A stretch of 64,000 bases of DNA, taken from the NCBI GenBank assembly GCA_002011125.2, contig MTMF02000009.1:1256989-1320988 (forward strand), read 5' to 3'. This stretch comes from Candidatus Hydrothermarchaeum profundi. GTDB taxonomy: Archaea; Hydrothermarchaeota; Hydrothermarchaeia; Hydrothermarchaeales; Hydrothermarchaeaceae. Position 1 is the stretch's first letter. Each line of letters starts with the position of its first letter. A program made the position numbers and the translations under genes. Shown in pieces: positions 1 to 10,213 of the stretch. The notes under the pieces were generated by a model, which was not told where the DNA came from, did no database searches, and saw only the letters and a list, made by a program, of their open reading frames with translations.

Positions 1-213
<213 letters not shown>

Positions 214-225
214 TGTTTTAATATT

Positions 226-2565
226 ATGCGAGCAATATTCTCCGGAATTTTTTTGGTTTCTGTTGCAACGTTGATGTTAGAGGTATCCCTAACCAGAGTC
301 TTTTCGGTATCACAGTGGTACCATTTTGCCTTCATGGTAGTGAGCTTGGCATTATTTGGGTTTGGTGCCAGTGGCTCGTTTCTATATCTGTTACCATCTC
401 TGCTTGAAAAAGATTTAAAAAAGACTCTCTCTCATTTATCATTCCTTTTTTCTTTTACAACCCTAGTAACATTCGCTATCACCAATAAAATCCCGTTTGA
501 TCCTTTTAGAGCGGCTTTTGACCCTCTTCAGTTAATTTATCCTGCCATATATTACGCATTACTCTCGATACCTTTTTTCTTCAGCGGACTTATCATGGCG
601 GTTACCTTTACTAAAAAAGCTGAAAATGTAGGGAAAATATACTCCTCTTCGCTTTTGGGGTCTGGAGTCGGTAGCGTACTTCCGTTAGTTTTATCCCCGT
701 TGGGAGGAACTAAGCTTATCATCATCTCGTGTTTGATAGGTGCAATTGCTGCAGTTTTGTTTGTTTCTTCTTTAAACAGGATTTTCTTTTTAATCAGTTG
801 GATTATAGTAATTATAGCTATCTCCAGTCAACCTTTCTTACAGATAAATATCTCTCCTTATAAGTCTTTAAAAGCAGCTTTACGATATCCTGAAGCAAAA
901 ATCCTTTACACAGAATGGAATGCGTTTTCTAGAGTAGATGTAGTAAATAGTTCTTATGTGAGATATGCTCCAGGCCTGAGCTATTCTTATACAAAGCCTC
1001 TACCACCCCAGTTAGGCATAACTATAGATGGAGGCGGATTAGATGTTATAACAAAGTATAATGAAAGTTCGTTAGAATTCCTAGACTACCTCACAACTGC
1101 CGTACCATATAGAATGAAAAAACATCCAAAAGTTCTAATCCTTGGGGCAGGAGGCGGATTAGAAGTCTTGAATGCATTGTACCATAATGCAAGTTCTGTT
1201 ACTGCAGTTGAGTTCAATCCAATAATTGTCCGCATTGTAAAGGATGATTTTCCTGATTTTTCTGGTGGGATATATGAGAAGGTGAAAGTGGAAGTAGATT
1301 ATAGTAGAAGCTTCGTCAAGAAAGATGAAAAGAACTACGATGTTATACAGCTTTCTTTAAAGCATGGAGCCGTTTTATCGTCTACAGGTGTCTATGCTCT
1401 AACGGAGGATTACATCTTTACCGTAGAGGCCTTTGAAGACTACTTACAAAGACTTTCAAATGAAGGAGTGTTAAGTATTACTAGATGGGTAAGGCCTCCT
1501 CCAAGGGAAACACCACGAATTGTTTCAATCGCAATTAGTGCTCTTAAACAAGAAGGGGTAGAGGACCCCAAGCGGCATATAGTTGTGATAAGAAGTTGGG
1601 GGACTATTACAACATTGATAAAAAAAGAGCCATTTCTACCTAGTGAAATATCCGCGGTAAAAGAGTTTTGTAAAGAAAAAAAGTTTGATATAGTTTATGC
1701 ACAGGGCATTGGACCTGCAGAAATAAACATTTACAATAGGTTTCCAGAGCCCTATTATCACCAGGTGGTCAGTGGTATACTAAATGGAGAGGTTGGTGAA
1801 GACTACCTTTTTGACATATCACCATCAAGTGATGACAAGCCCTTCTTTTTCCATTTCTTTAAATTAAGGAAGATCATTCCAACTTATCGAAGTATGGGTG
1901 AAAAATGGCAGCCTTTTATCGAGGGGGGATATTTAGTGTGGCTAGTCTTTGTTCAGGCATTATTTCTATCTTTTATTTTTATTCTTTTGCCTGTACGTTA
2001 TTATAAAAAAGTAAGGAGGGAGCAGTGGAGATTATTATTATATTTCTTCTGTCTGGGAATAGGGTTTATGTTTATTGAAATCGCTTTTATTCAAAAGTTT
2101 ATACTATTTTTAGGACATCCTGTATATTCTGTAGCTATTGTACTATTTTCGATGCTTATATTTTCCGGAATAGGAAGCCTGTTGTCTGAAAGACTAAAAG
2201 CTGAGAAAGAGAACTTCAGATGTATTCTTATCTTCTTGGCATTTGGTGTAATAGTTTATACGATTGGGTTGCCTCTTCTCTTCAAGAATTTATTAGTGGG
2301 GGGGATAATCGGTAGAGCAATTTTATCTTTAATCATTATAGCCCCTATTGCATTCCTTATGGGGATTCCCTTTCCTTTGGGTATAAAATTAGCAAATACG
2401 GCTGATCCTGATATTATCCCCTGGGCTTGGGCAGCTAATGGATGTTCCTCGGTCTTAGGCTCGATATTGGCTGTGATGTTAGCTATGCCTATGGGATTCA
2501 GCTCGATTTTGATAATAGCGTCTGTTGTATATGTCTTGGGATTATCTACGCTCATTTTGAAATAA
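226..2565 (+). CDS. Polytopic membrane protein with central spermidine synthase-like SAM-dependent methyltransferase domain
   Basis: N- and C-terminal TM bundles (LEVSLTRVFS, GIGFMFIEI, WAWAANG) flank VLILGAGGGLEV...VTAVEFNP SAM-binding motif. Confidence 0.85.
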   Translation: MRAIFSGIFLVSVATLMLEVSLTRVFSVSQWYHFAFMVVSLALFGFGASGSFLYLLPSLLEKDLKKTLSHLSFLFSFTTLVTFAITNKIPFDPFRAAFDPLQLIYPAIYYALLSIPFFFSGLIMAVTFTKKAENVGKIYSSSLLGSGVGSVLPLVLSPLGGTKLIIISCLIGAIAAVLFVSSLNRIFFLISWIIVIIAISSQPFLQINISPYKSLKAALRYPEAKILYTEWNAFSRVDVVNSSYVRYAPGLSYSYTKPLPPQLGITIDGGGLDVITKYNESSLEFLDYLTTAVPYRMKKHPKVLILGAGGGLEVLNALYHNASSVTAVEFNPIIVRIVKDDFPDFSGGIYEKVKVEVDYSRSFVKKDEKNYDVIQLSLKHGAVLSSTGVYALTEDYIFTVEAFEDYLQRLSNEGVLSITRWVRPPPRETPRIVSIAISALKQEGVEDPKRHIVVIRSWGTITTLIKKEPFLPSEISAVKEFCKEKKFDIVYAQGIGPAEINIYNRFPEPYYHQVVSGILNGEVGEDYLFDISPSSDDKPFFFHFFKLRKIIPTYRSMGEKWQPFIEGGYLVWLVFVQALFLSFIFILLPVRYYKKVRREQWRLLLYFFCLGIGFMFIEIAFIQKFILFLGHPVYSVAIVLFSMLIFSGIGSLLSERLKAEKENFRCILIFLAFGVIVYTIGLPLLFKNLLVGGIIGRAILSLIIIAPIAFLMGIPFPLGIKLANTADPDIIPWAWAANGCSSVLGSILAVMLAMPMGFSSILIIASVVYVLGLSTLILK

Positions 2566-2567
2566 TT

Positions 2568-3713
2568 TCAACGCTTCTCAGCTTCGCCTGTCATCGGCAC
2601 GAATCTATAAAAACCAGGGAGTTGCGTTATATACGATTCTCCATTTTCTTTTCTTAAAATAGTCATAGTCTGATAATACGTTGTAGGACCCAGAGGTAAG
2701 ATTAGTCTTCCACCCTCTTTAAGCTGATCTATGAGGGGAGGAGGTATATGATCAACAGCAGCTGTGATCATTATAGCATCAAAAGGTGCCTCTTCTTTCC
2801 ATCCGAAATACCCATCGGCATTCTTGACGTGAATATTAGTATAACCCATCTCTTTTAATCTCTCCTCTGCCTTTTCAGCTAGCTCTTTCCTTATCTCTAT
2901 GGTGTAGACCTCCTCCACGATCTCAGCTAAAATCGCTGCTTGATAACCTGACCCAGTGCCGATCTCTAAGACTTTCTCATCCCCCTTCAATTCTAAGGCT
3001 TGAGTCATTAAAGCCACCACATAAGGTTGAGATATTGTCTGGCCCTCCCCTATTGGTAGAGGATGGTCTTCATAGGCAATATTCACATCACTAGGCCGCA
3101 CAAACTTATGTCGGGGTACCCTCCACATGACCTCTAGCACTTTCTCATCAGTTATATCGCGCTGTTTCAAGTCTTTTTCTACCATTAGAGTTCTCTTCTC
3201 TTTAAATTCTGTCTCTTCAAACAAGCTTAAATAGTTCTGATAAAGCCGCACCTTGTTTTCCATACCCGCTTCTTTGGTTTGAGTTCTCCCGCTTCCTCCA
3301 ATTACACAAATTATCTGTCCTTTAGCCCATTTATCTGTCTTAACATACATCCTTTTTTTACCCGGAATCCTCAAATACTTCTCTTCCTCGTTGTTTAAGA
3401 TTCCTCTAACGACCTCACCTATGCCTTCATAGGCGTCTGGTCCTCCAAGGATAAGGATAAATTGCTCCTTTTTATAGCTTTCAAAGTTAGAAGCTTCAAT
3501 AGGCGTCAAGTCTACTCCTTTTTCAGCGAGAAAGGTAATCAACTCAGAGGCAAGTTCAATATCGATGGAGTTAGCAAGCAACACTCCAGAAGCAGTCTCT
3601 TTATTCTCAGGGTTAATAGTTTTAGCTTGTCCGCTCTCTAAACAGCCTACAAATATGAAGGCGATTAAGAATGTAATTAAGGTTAATTTGTCTAGCGTAC
3701 TTTTAACTTTCAT
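2568..3713 (-). CDS. pcm: Lipoprotein-anchored protein-L-isoaspartate O-methyltransferase with N-terminal surface-protein-like domain
   Basis: Signal peptide with lipobox (LIAFIFVGC), ~130-aa [10 protein letters not shown] domain, then PIMT motifs [39 protein letters not shown]. Confidence 0.85.
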   Translation of the reverse strand: MKVKSTLDKLTLITFLIAFIFVGCLESGQAKTINPENKETASGVLLANSIDIELASELITFLAEKGVDLTPIEASNFESYKKEQFILILGGPDAYEGIGEVVRGILNNEEEKYLRIPGKKRMYVKTDKWAKGQIICVIGGSGRTQTKEAGMENKVRLYQNYLSLFEETEFKEKRTLMVEKDLKQRDITDEKVLEVMWRVPRHKFVRPSDVNIAYEDHPLPIGEGQTISQPYVVALMTQALELKGDEKVLEIGTGSGYQAAILAEIVEEVYTIEIRKELAEKAEERLKEMGYTNIHVKNADGYFGWKEEAPFDAIMITAAVDHIPPPLIDQLKEGGRLILPLGPTTYYQTMTILRKENGESYITQLPGFYRFVPMTGEAEKR

Positions 3714-3796
3714 CTCAAATTTGAGTAGCTACTCAAAAGTTATATATATTTCTTGGTAAAAATCCAAGGCATAAATCCTTAAAGGGGTGGTAATAT

Positions 3797-4207
3797 ATGA
3801 ATCTAGGCATAGTAGCCGCTGAGTTTAATTATGATATCACATATGCAATGGTGGAGCTTGCCAAAGAGCATGCTGAATTTCTAGGCGCAAAAGTTGTAGA
3901 GATCGTAAAAGTACCAGGGGTATTCGATATGCCCCTCGGTGTCAAAAAACTTCTTGAGAGAGAGGATATAGATGGCGTGGTTACCCTTGGAGCAGTAATA
4001 GAAGGCGAGACAGAACACGATGATATCGTAATCCAGCATGCTTCGAGAAAAATTGCAGACTTAGCTCTCGATTACGGTAAGCCGGTTTCTCTCGGGATTT
4101 CTGGTCCAGGTATGAGTAGGCTTGAAGCCCATGCGAGAGTGAAATATGCTAAACGAGCAGTTGAAGCGGCTGTTAAAATGATAAAAAGAATGAAAGAGTT
4201 AGAGTGA
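3797..4207 (+). CDS. ribH: 6,7-dimethyl-8-ribityllumazine synthase
   Basis: IVAAEFNYDIT, VPGVFDMP, LGAVIEGETEHD, KPVSLGISGPG motifs. Confidence 0.95.
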   Translation: MNLGIVAAEFNYDITYAMVELAKEHAEFLGAKVVEIVKVPGVFDMPLGVKKLLEREDIDGVVTLGAVIEGETEHDDIVIQHASRKIADLALDYGKPVSLGISGPGMSRLEAHARVKYAKRAVEAAVKMIKRMKELE

Positions 4208-4819
4208 TTCGTCTCTTTTATTCGGGTATCCCCTTTCAATAATCCTTTGAAGAATGTTCCTAGTGGAATGAAGGGCGCACTCTTTATACTCTGTGACTCT
4301 TTTTACTTCGACATTTAGTCCTCTTTTCCGTAGCTCTTCTTTTATATACTCTGCATTATGTGTCTGATCCGGTCCGAGAACTATAACATCTGGTTTAATC
4401 CTCTCTATAACCCTAAGGTAATCATCGGTTTCACCTAATATAGCAATATCGACAGGTTTTAATAGTTTAACCATCTCCAACCTCTGGTCTTCCGGCACTA
4501 TTGGAATACGTTTTCTGTTTTTTACAGTTTCATCTCTTGCTACGATGACTACCAAAACATCCCCATATGCCTTAGCTTTCTCAAGCATGAAACCATGGCC
4601 CGGATGAAGAATATCAAAAACTCCCCCGCATACAGCGACCCTTATCTGTTTCCTCCCCTTATCAGTAAGTTTAAATCCTTCGATGTAACCTTTTTCTCTC
4701 AGTAATTCTAGTTTCCGCTGGGTTAAGTTAAGCTTTTCTTTTAAATCCTCCTCACTAGTAACAGCATTCTCAAACTCGAGTTTCCATATCTCAGCTAATA
4801 TTTTTTTCACAAAAATCAC
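4199..4819 (-). CDS. ribL: FAD synthetase (cytidylyltransferase family) with N-terminal winged-helix-like extension
   Basis: GGVFDILHPGH (HIGH), VIVARD, PDVIVLGPDQ, STRNI; ~55-aa extension ending FKLTDKG; start may be GTG 4810 (GGTGA RBS). Confidence 0.8.
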   Translation of the reverse strand: MIFVKKILAEIWKLEFENAVTSEEDLKEKLNLTQRKLELLREKGYIEGFKLTDKGRKQIRVAVCGGVFDILHPGHGFMLEKAKAYGDVLVVIVARDETVKNRKRIPIVPEDQRLEMVKLLKPVDIAILGETDDYLRVIERIKPDVIVLGPDQTHNAEYIKEELRKRGLNVEVKRVTEYKECALHSTRNILQRIIERGYPNKRDESL

Positions 4820-4832
4820 CTAGAATCTCACA

Positions 4833-5411
4833 TTATAATTGGTACCGCATTGCCTTTCTCAAAGCTCTTGCTAGAAGTCTAGCCACCCTTAAGGGTTCAG
4901 GTATTGCGCCCTGAAGCGTAAACTTATCTAAGAAATATTTTACTTCCATTTTTTTGGCGCCTAAAAATCTGACTAGAACTTCATGGCCTGTGTGGAGCTT
5001 AATAGGCGTCCTATTTCCCAGACGCTTATACATACTAAGCCTAACCTCCGAATCCTCAAATTCTTTGAGATACTTATCCAATCCTTCAGACTCTTCATAT
5101 GTAACGCATACAACTGGCAGTTTTGTTTCACTATGAACCTTCTCAAGGTCGATTATATTGAACATGCTTATAACACATCCGTTAAGGAGGATTGCATTTA
5201 TGTCCCTTCTATTTAAGGTATCAAAAATTTGTATTACCCCTTCAGTAGCGTCAAGCCCTCCAATAGTAATTTTACTAATCGCAAATCCATCAATTTGCAA
5301 ATCTCCTCGCATTACGACCCCTGCTAGAATAGCATTTTCACTGCTCCCTTTTTGAAAACTTTCAGCTATTCCCAATGTTCTAATACCCTTCTTATCAAAA
5401 TGGATCTTCAC
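4833..5411 (-). CDS. DUF99 family, endonuclease V-like protein
   Basis: LGIAESF, GVVMRGD, GGLDAT, FNIIDL, IPEPLRVARLLA motifs. Confidence 0.85.
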   Translation of the reverse strand: MKIHFDKKGIRTLGIAESFQKGSSENAILAGVVMRGDLQIDGFAISKITIGGLDATEGVIQIFDTLNRRDINAILLNGCVISMFNIIDLEKVHSETKLPVVCVTYEESEGLDKYLKEFEDSEVRLSMYKRLGNRTPIKLHTGHEVLVRFLGAKKMEVKYFLDKFTLQGAIPEPLRVARLLARALRKAMRYQL

Positions 5412-6178
5412 CCAAACTCCTCCAAGTATTCTTCCTCCATAAAATGGAGTTCTCCAGGGACTATTAACGTATGAGGAGGAACCCCAAAATCTAGGTATAA
5501 AAGGTCCCTAACTTTTCCAGATTTCATTACATACTCAAAAGAGCCTATGTTTCCTAGTACTACACACAGGGTATCATATGTAAATACCTTTTCACCTCTT
5601 TTCTCCTCAATATCGAGCAGAACTCTCATAGCATCGTTAGCAGTCATTGTTTTCCTCTTATCCCCCTCAACTTTAATGTCAAGGAATAGTAGAGTATGAA
5701 GACCCCTTTCCCGATTTTCCTTTATCACGTTATAAGGGGTTTCTGGTGAATAGCCTCTTTCCGGTATAGCAACTGTGGCAGAACGTCCAAACTTGTAGTT
5801 ATGTAAGCCGGAGATAGATGGAGCAGCGGAGAAAATTGAAGAATTATGAATTACTCTGGTGCTGATACCAAGCTTTTTGGCATCTAATCGTAGATGTACA
5901 TGTGTCGTGGATATTAGGGGATCTCCGGGTACCATCAGTCCTACTTTTGAATTCTTAGCTAACTTTAGAATAGTTTCATGGGCCTTCTCCTCGATGTCCT
6001 CCCTCTTTAAAATTTTGATTTTCTTTCTTACAAGTTCTTCGAGTCTACTAATATTCAGGCCAGCCATTTCACTAGTATAGAACTCTGCGAAAAGTATATC
6101 GCAACTTTCCGCTTCGCGTAGGCCTTTAAGAGAGATATCAGCCTCAGAATGAAGTCCTAGACCTATGAACACTAGCAT
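5408..6178 (-). CDS. dph5: Diphthine synthase
   Basis: LVFIGLGL, AEFYTS, GDPLISTTH, YKFGRSAT, GLHTLLFLDI, LHFMEEEYL. Confidence 0.95.
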   Translation of the reverse strand: MLVFIGLGLHSEADISLKGLREAESCDILFAEFYTSEMAGLNISRLEELVRKKIKILKREDIEEKAHETILKLAKNSKVGLMVPGDPLISTTHVHLRLDAKKLGISTRVIHNSSIFSAAPSISGLHNYKFGRSATVAIPERGYSPETPYNVIKENRERGLHTLLFLDIKVEGDKRKTMTANDAMRVLLDIEEKRGEKVFTYDTLCVVLGNIGSFEYVMKSGKVRDLLYLDFGVPPHTLIVPGELHFMEEEYLEEFG

Positions 6179-6225
6179 AATAAAAAGATATAGGCCCTTA
6201 ACCGATAAAAAGGTATATATTAGCT

Positions 6226-6795
6226 TTAGAGAACTCCTTTAGTGCTGGGTATACCTTCCCCTTCGATAGAACAGGCTTGTTTTAATGATAATGCTAGAGA
6301 TTTAAAAATAGCTTCAGCTTTATGGTGTTCATTTTTACCATCCAATAGCTTGATGTGGAGATTTATTTTGAATTCTGAGGTAAAAGTTTCAAGAAAATGT
6401 AAGATCATCTCAGAGCTTAATCCTTCAATTTTTTTCCTACGAAAACTCACATTATTGACGAAATAGCTTCTGCCACTTATATCTACTGAGGTAAGAATGA
6501 GAACGTCATCCATAGGAACGATAGAATATCCGAATCTCCTAATTCCCTTTTTATTTCCTAAAGCATCTTTAAAGGCTTTCCCAAGGACAATCGCCACATC
6601 TTCTATGATATGGTGTTCATTATCTCCAATGGCATTAATTTTTAAGTCAAAGGAACCATGCTTCGCTAAACTTGAAAGCATATGATTAAAAAAAGGGATT
6701 CCTGTTTCTATTTCTTGATCTCCTTTTCCATCTATTTTAAGAGAAACCTTAACATCTGTTTCATTAGTCTTTCGTTCTACGTTTGAAGCACGCAT
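6226..6795 (-). CDS. hisB: Imidazoleglycerol-phosphate dehydratase
   Basis: RKTNETD, TGIPFFNHML, HHIIED, PMDD, NEHHKAEAIFK, IPSTKG. Confidence 0.95.
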   Translation of the reverse strand: MRASNVERKTNETDVKVSLKIDGKGDQEIETGIPFFNHMLSSLAKHGSFDLKINAIGDNEHHIIEDVAIVLGKAFKDALGNKKGIRRFGYSIVPMDDVLILTSVDISGRSYFVNNVSFRRKKIEGLSSEMILHFLETFTSEFKINLHIKLLDGKNEHHKAEAIFKSLALSLKQACSIEGEGIPSTKGVL

Positions 6796-6850
6796 AAGAT
6801 TGGGATTGTAAGCGAATCAATATAAGGCTTACCATCTAAAAGGATCCTAA

Positions 6851-7558
6851 TTAAAATACCTTCTTAGGGTCAATTTTGCCAAAATATAGGGCTGAGCCGA
6901 TTATTACTCCAGCTGCTCCTAATTCCCTCACTTTCGAAATATCATTTACAGATGAAATCCCGCCTGAGACTATAACACTTAATGGCGAGGATTCAATAAC
7001 CTCCTTTAACATTTTTTCGTTAATACCACTCATTCGGCCTTCTACATTCACATCAGTGAATAATATCTCCTGTGCATATGACTCAAACTTTTTAGCTATC
7101 TCTGAGGCCCTAAACCCAGTAGACTCAGTCCACCCTTTTATTACTACATACCCATCCTTTGAATCAAGGGCTACGATTATTCTCTCTCTACCATACTTTT
7201 CAGCAAGTCCCTTCAATCTGCTAGGATCTTGGATAGCAAGGGTACCTAATATTATCTTTTCAACTCCCAGATCCAAGAACCTCCTAGCGTCTTCTATGCT
7301 CCTTATTCCCCCTCCAAATTGAATCGGAATTTGAAGCTCTTCAACTATCTTCTTTACTATCTCTTCGTTTTTCCTAAATCCTCCTATTGCTCCATCGAGA
7401 TCAATAAGATGTAGTCTCTTAGCGCCCATCTCCTCCCACTTTTTTGCTACTTCTACCGGGTCCTCTAGTTCTATTAGCCTTCTAGAAGGGTCTCCTCCTT
7501 CTAGTTGGACGCACTTCCGATCTTTCAAGTCTAAGGCAGGTATAACCAAAAAAGTCAT
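6851..7558 (-). CDS. hisA: ProFAR isomerase
   Basis: IPALDLKDRKCVQL, LHLIDLDGA, GGGIRS, TDVNVEG, SGGISS. Confidence 0.95.
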   Translation of the reverse strand: MTFLVIPALDLKDRKCVQLEGGDPSRRLIELEDPVEVAKKWEEMGAKRLHLIDLDGAIGGFRKNEEIVKKIVEELQIPIQFGGGIRSIEDARRFLDLGVEKIILGTLAIQDPSRLKGLAEKYGRERIIVALDSKDGYVVIKGWTESTGFRASEIAKKFESYAQEILFTDVNVEGRMSGINEKMLKEVIESSPLSVIVSGGISSVNDISKVRELGAAGVIIGSALYFGKIDPKKVF

Positions 7559-7613
7559 GGGAATAGGTTTGGCTTACCATTAAATATAAAATTTGGCTAT
7601 TATAGGGGAATAC

Positions 7614-8474
7614 TTATGGCACGATTCTCTCAATGGGTACTACCAAAATATCCCTTGCGCCGACTTTTTTAGCTTCATTTATAACTGAGTATACGTCTTC
7701 TTCATCAACTACGACATTCACTGCCAGCATAGGGGACTCTGCAGCTACTTCCGATACAGTGGGCCCAGCCATACCGGGCATAATCCTTTTTATGTCCTCT
7801 AACGCCTCCCTTGGAACATTCATCATTATTAACTTCTTCCTCTCGGCGAGGAGTACGCTTTTTAAGGATAGAACTATGCCGTCGATTTTCTTTTTAAACT
7901 TCTTTAAAGAATCTTTATTTGCTATTAAATGGGCTGAAGTTTCTATTATTTCATCTATAATCTTTAGCTTATGGACTGTGAGTGTAGTGCCGGTACTTGT
8001 TAGGTCCACTATTAGGTCGGCTATTCCAATATGCGGGGCTATTTCAGTAGCTCCTGAAACTTTAGTAATTTCTACTTTTTTTCCATGTTTTTTAAAGAAC
8101 TCTGTTGTAAGCCTCGGGAATTCTGTAGCAACTCTAGCGCCTGACTTAATATCTCTTGGAGACCTAATACTAGAGCTGTCCGGTACAGCAACAACCAGTC
8201 TTGCTTTACCGAAATTTAAATTAAGGATAAGCTCTACATCATAGTTGGTTTCCATGATGACGTCTAAACCCGTAACACCTAGGTCCGCGGCTCCGTCGTG
8301 GACGAATTCCGGGATGTCTAATGCTCTGACAAAGAGTAATTGCACTTCAGGATCAACGGTGCTGGCAAAGAGTCTACGCTCTCCGAAATCTACTACTTTT
8401 AGACCAGCCCTATCAAGTATATTAATTGTTGGCTCATGCAGTCTTCCTTTATTTGGTATAGCGATTTTTATCAT
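7614..8474 (-). CDS. hisG: ATP phosphoribosyltransferase (long form)
   Basis: IAIPNKGRL, RALDIPEFV, GATEIAP, IVDLTSTGTTL, C-terminal GMAGPTVS regulatory domain. Confidence 0.95.
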   Translation of the reverse strand: MIKIAIPNKGRLHEPTINILDRAGLKVVDFGERRLFASTVDPEVQLLFVRALDIPEFVHDGAADLGVTGLDVIMETNYDVELILNLNFGKARLVVAVPDSSSIRSPRDIKSGARVATEFPRLTTEFFKKHGKKVEITKVSGATEIAPHIGIADLIVDLTSTGTTLTVHKLKIIDEIIETSAHLIANKDSLKKFKKKIDGIVLSLKSVLLAERKKLIMMNVPREALEDIKRIMPGMAGPTVSEVAAESPMLAVNVVVDEEDVYSVINEAKKVGARDILVVPIERIVP

Positions 8475-8488
8475 ATGGAGGTAGGGAT

Positions 8489-9802
8489 ATGGATATCCTT
8501 ATTAAAAATGGTATCGTAATAACAATGGATAAAGAAAGGAGGATATTAAAAGATTTTTCTATAAGTATAACCGATGGTATTATTGAAGAAATAAAACCTG
8601 AAATAAAGGGGGAGGCGGACTTTGTAATCGATGCTAGCCGTAAGATAGTAATGCCGGGGTTTGTCAATACACATACGCATCTTGCAATGAGCCTTTTCAG
8701 AGGAGTAGCAGATGATTTACCATTAATGAGATGGCTCCAAGAGGAAATATGGCCGATGGAAAAGAAGCTTGAAGCAAACCACGTGTATGCAGGAGCTCTT
8801 CTCGGATGTCTTGAAATGATAAAGACAGGTACCACTTGTTTTAATGATATGTACTTTTACATGGATGAGGTAGCGAGGAGTATAGAAGAGTCAGGTATGC
8901 GAGGCGTGATATCCTACGCAATGTTTGATTTTGGAGACGAGAGTAAAGCTGATGATATATTAAAGGAAGGAGGAAAAAGTATAAAGAAATACAACGTGGC
9001 AGGAAGCCGGATTAAAGCAGTTCTTGGACCACATGCGCCTTACACTTGCTCTGAAAAGCTCCTTGTCAAGACTGCAGAAATGGCGAAAAAACATAATACC
9101 TTGATACATATTCATGTCGCAGAAACTAAAGAAGAAGTTGAAACATCAAAGAAAGAAAAAGGAAAAACCCCTTTTGAGTACTTAGATAATATTGGTTTCC
9201 TTAGGGATAATGTTTTAGCGAGCCACTCAACATGGGTGACTGAAAAAGAGATAAAGATTCTTAAGAAGAGAAATGTCAAGGTGGCGCATAATCCTACCAG
9301 CAATATGAAAATAGGATGCGGAGTCGCTCCGATTCCTGAATATATAGAAAACGGGGTCTTGGTATCATTAGGCACAGATGGAGCAGCTAGTAATAATAGC
9401 CTAGATATGTTTCAGGAAATGAAAATCTGTGCTTTATTACATAAGATAAATAAAAGAGATGCGTCAGTTGTTCCCGCAGAGAAAGTCCTAGAGTTTGCAA
9501 CAATAAATGGTGCAAGAGCCCTTGGTTTAGATAATGAAATAGGTTCGGTAGAGGTGGGGAAAAAAGCTGATGTTATCCTTGTTGATCTAGATAGACCTAA
9601 TCTCACTCCTCTGACCAATCCTGTATCACACCTAGTTTATTCAGCAAGGGGATGTGACGTAGACACAGTAATAATAGATGGGAAGATAGTAATGGAAGAT
9701 AGGCGGGTGAGAACTATCGACCAGCCCCAAGTATTAAATTTTGCCATGGAGCAGGCTAGAGACCTATATCAAAAGACAGCGAAAGAAGATAAATTATTTT
9801 AA
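8489..9802 (+). CDS. mtaD: 5'-deoxyadenosine / methylthioadenosine / SAH deaminase (amidohydrolase)
   Basis: PGFVNTHTH, RGVADDLPL, PHAPYTCS, HIHVAET, HNPTSNMK, LGTDGAASNN; RBS GGAGGT. Confidence 0.85.
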   Translation: MDILIKNGIVITMDKERRILKDFSISITDGIIEEIKPEIKGEADFVIDASRKIVMPGFVNTHTHLAMSLFRGVADDLPLMRWLQEEIWPMEKKLEANHVYAGALLGCLEMIKTGTTCFNDMYFYMDEVARSIEESGMRGVISYAMFDFGDESKADDILKEGGKSIKKYNVAGSRIKAVLGPHAPYTCSEKLLVKTAEMAKKHNTLIHIHVAETKEEVETSKKEKGKTPFEYLDNIGFLRDNVLASHSTWVTEKEIKILKKRNVKVAHNPTSNMKIGCGVAPIPEYIENGVLVSLGTDGAASNNSLDMFQEMKICALLHKINKRDASVVPAEKVLEFATINGARALGLDNEIGSVEVGKKADVILVDLDRPNLTPLTNPVSHLVYSARGCDVDTVIIDGKIVMEDRRVRTIDQPQVLNFAMEQARDLYQKTAKEDKLF

Positions 9803-9975
9803 TTTTTTTTGGCTCCGGCTCTGTTTTATATTCTTTCTGAAAAGGATCTACTCTAAATATATTTTTTTCTAGGTTTCTCCCTACCTAGGATCATATCAAT
9901 CTAACAGACTTTCAATTTACTACAGTCTGCCGCAGCATTTAATGTACTTATCCTATACTGCCTAAGAATATTGAG

Positions 9976-10104
9976 TTAGTTATTTTTAAGGGACTCCTTA
10001 AGCCTTGCTATTTCATAGGAATTCGGGTTTCTACCTCTGTGAGTTCGCCTGAATTCCTTCAAGGCCTCAAGCCACCTGTTATCTACTGGTATTTTATCTG
10101 CCAT
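9976..10104 (-). CDS. Small hypothetical protein, 42 aa (below ORF-track cutoff)
   Basis: Read manually: GAGGT RBS 9 nt upstream of ATG, MADKIPVDNRWLEALKEFRRTHRGRNPNSYEIARLKESLKNN, TAA stop. Confidence 0.55.
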   Translation of the reverse strand: MADKIPVDNRWLEALKEFRRTHRGRNPNSYEIARLKESLKNN

Positions 10105-10213
10105 TCTTCTATTACCTCGCTAAAATTTTGGCTCTAGAAATCAATTTTTCAGTAGCTCTAGAAAGAGCAGGTATCTTTTGTTATCTTGAATTTTAATAGA
10201 GCCAGAAAAAGAG

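Noticed and set aside
7633-8244. Long antisense ORFs (e.g. 7633-8244, 6876-7322, 13951-14547, 39151-39681, 41215-41751, 43848-44309, 45091-45531)
   Set aside because: Shadows of well-supported genes on the opposite strand, with Ser/Ile/Phe- or Pro-rich non-protein-like composition
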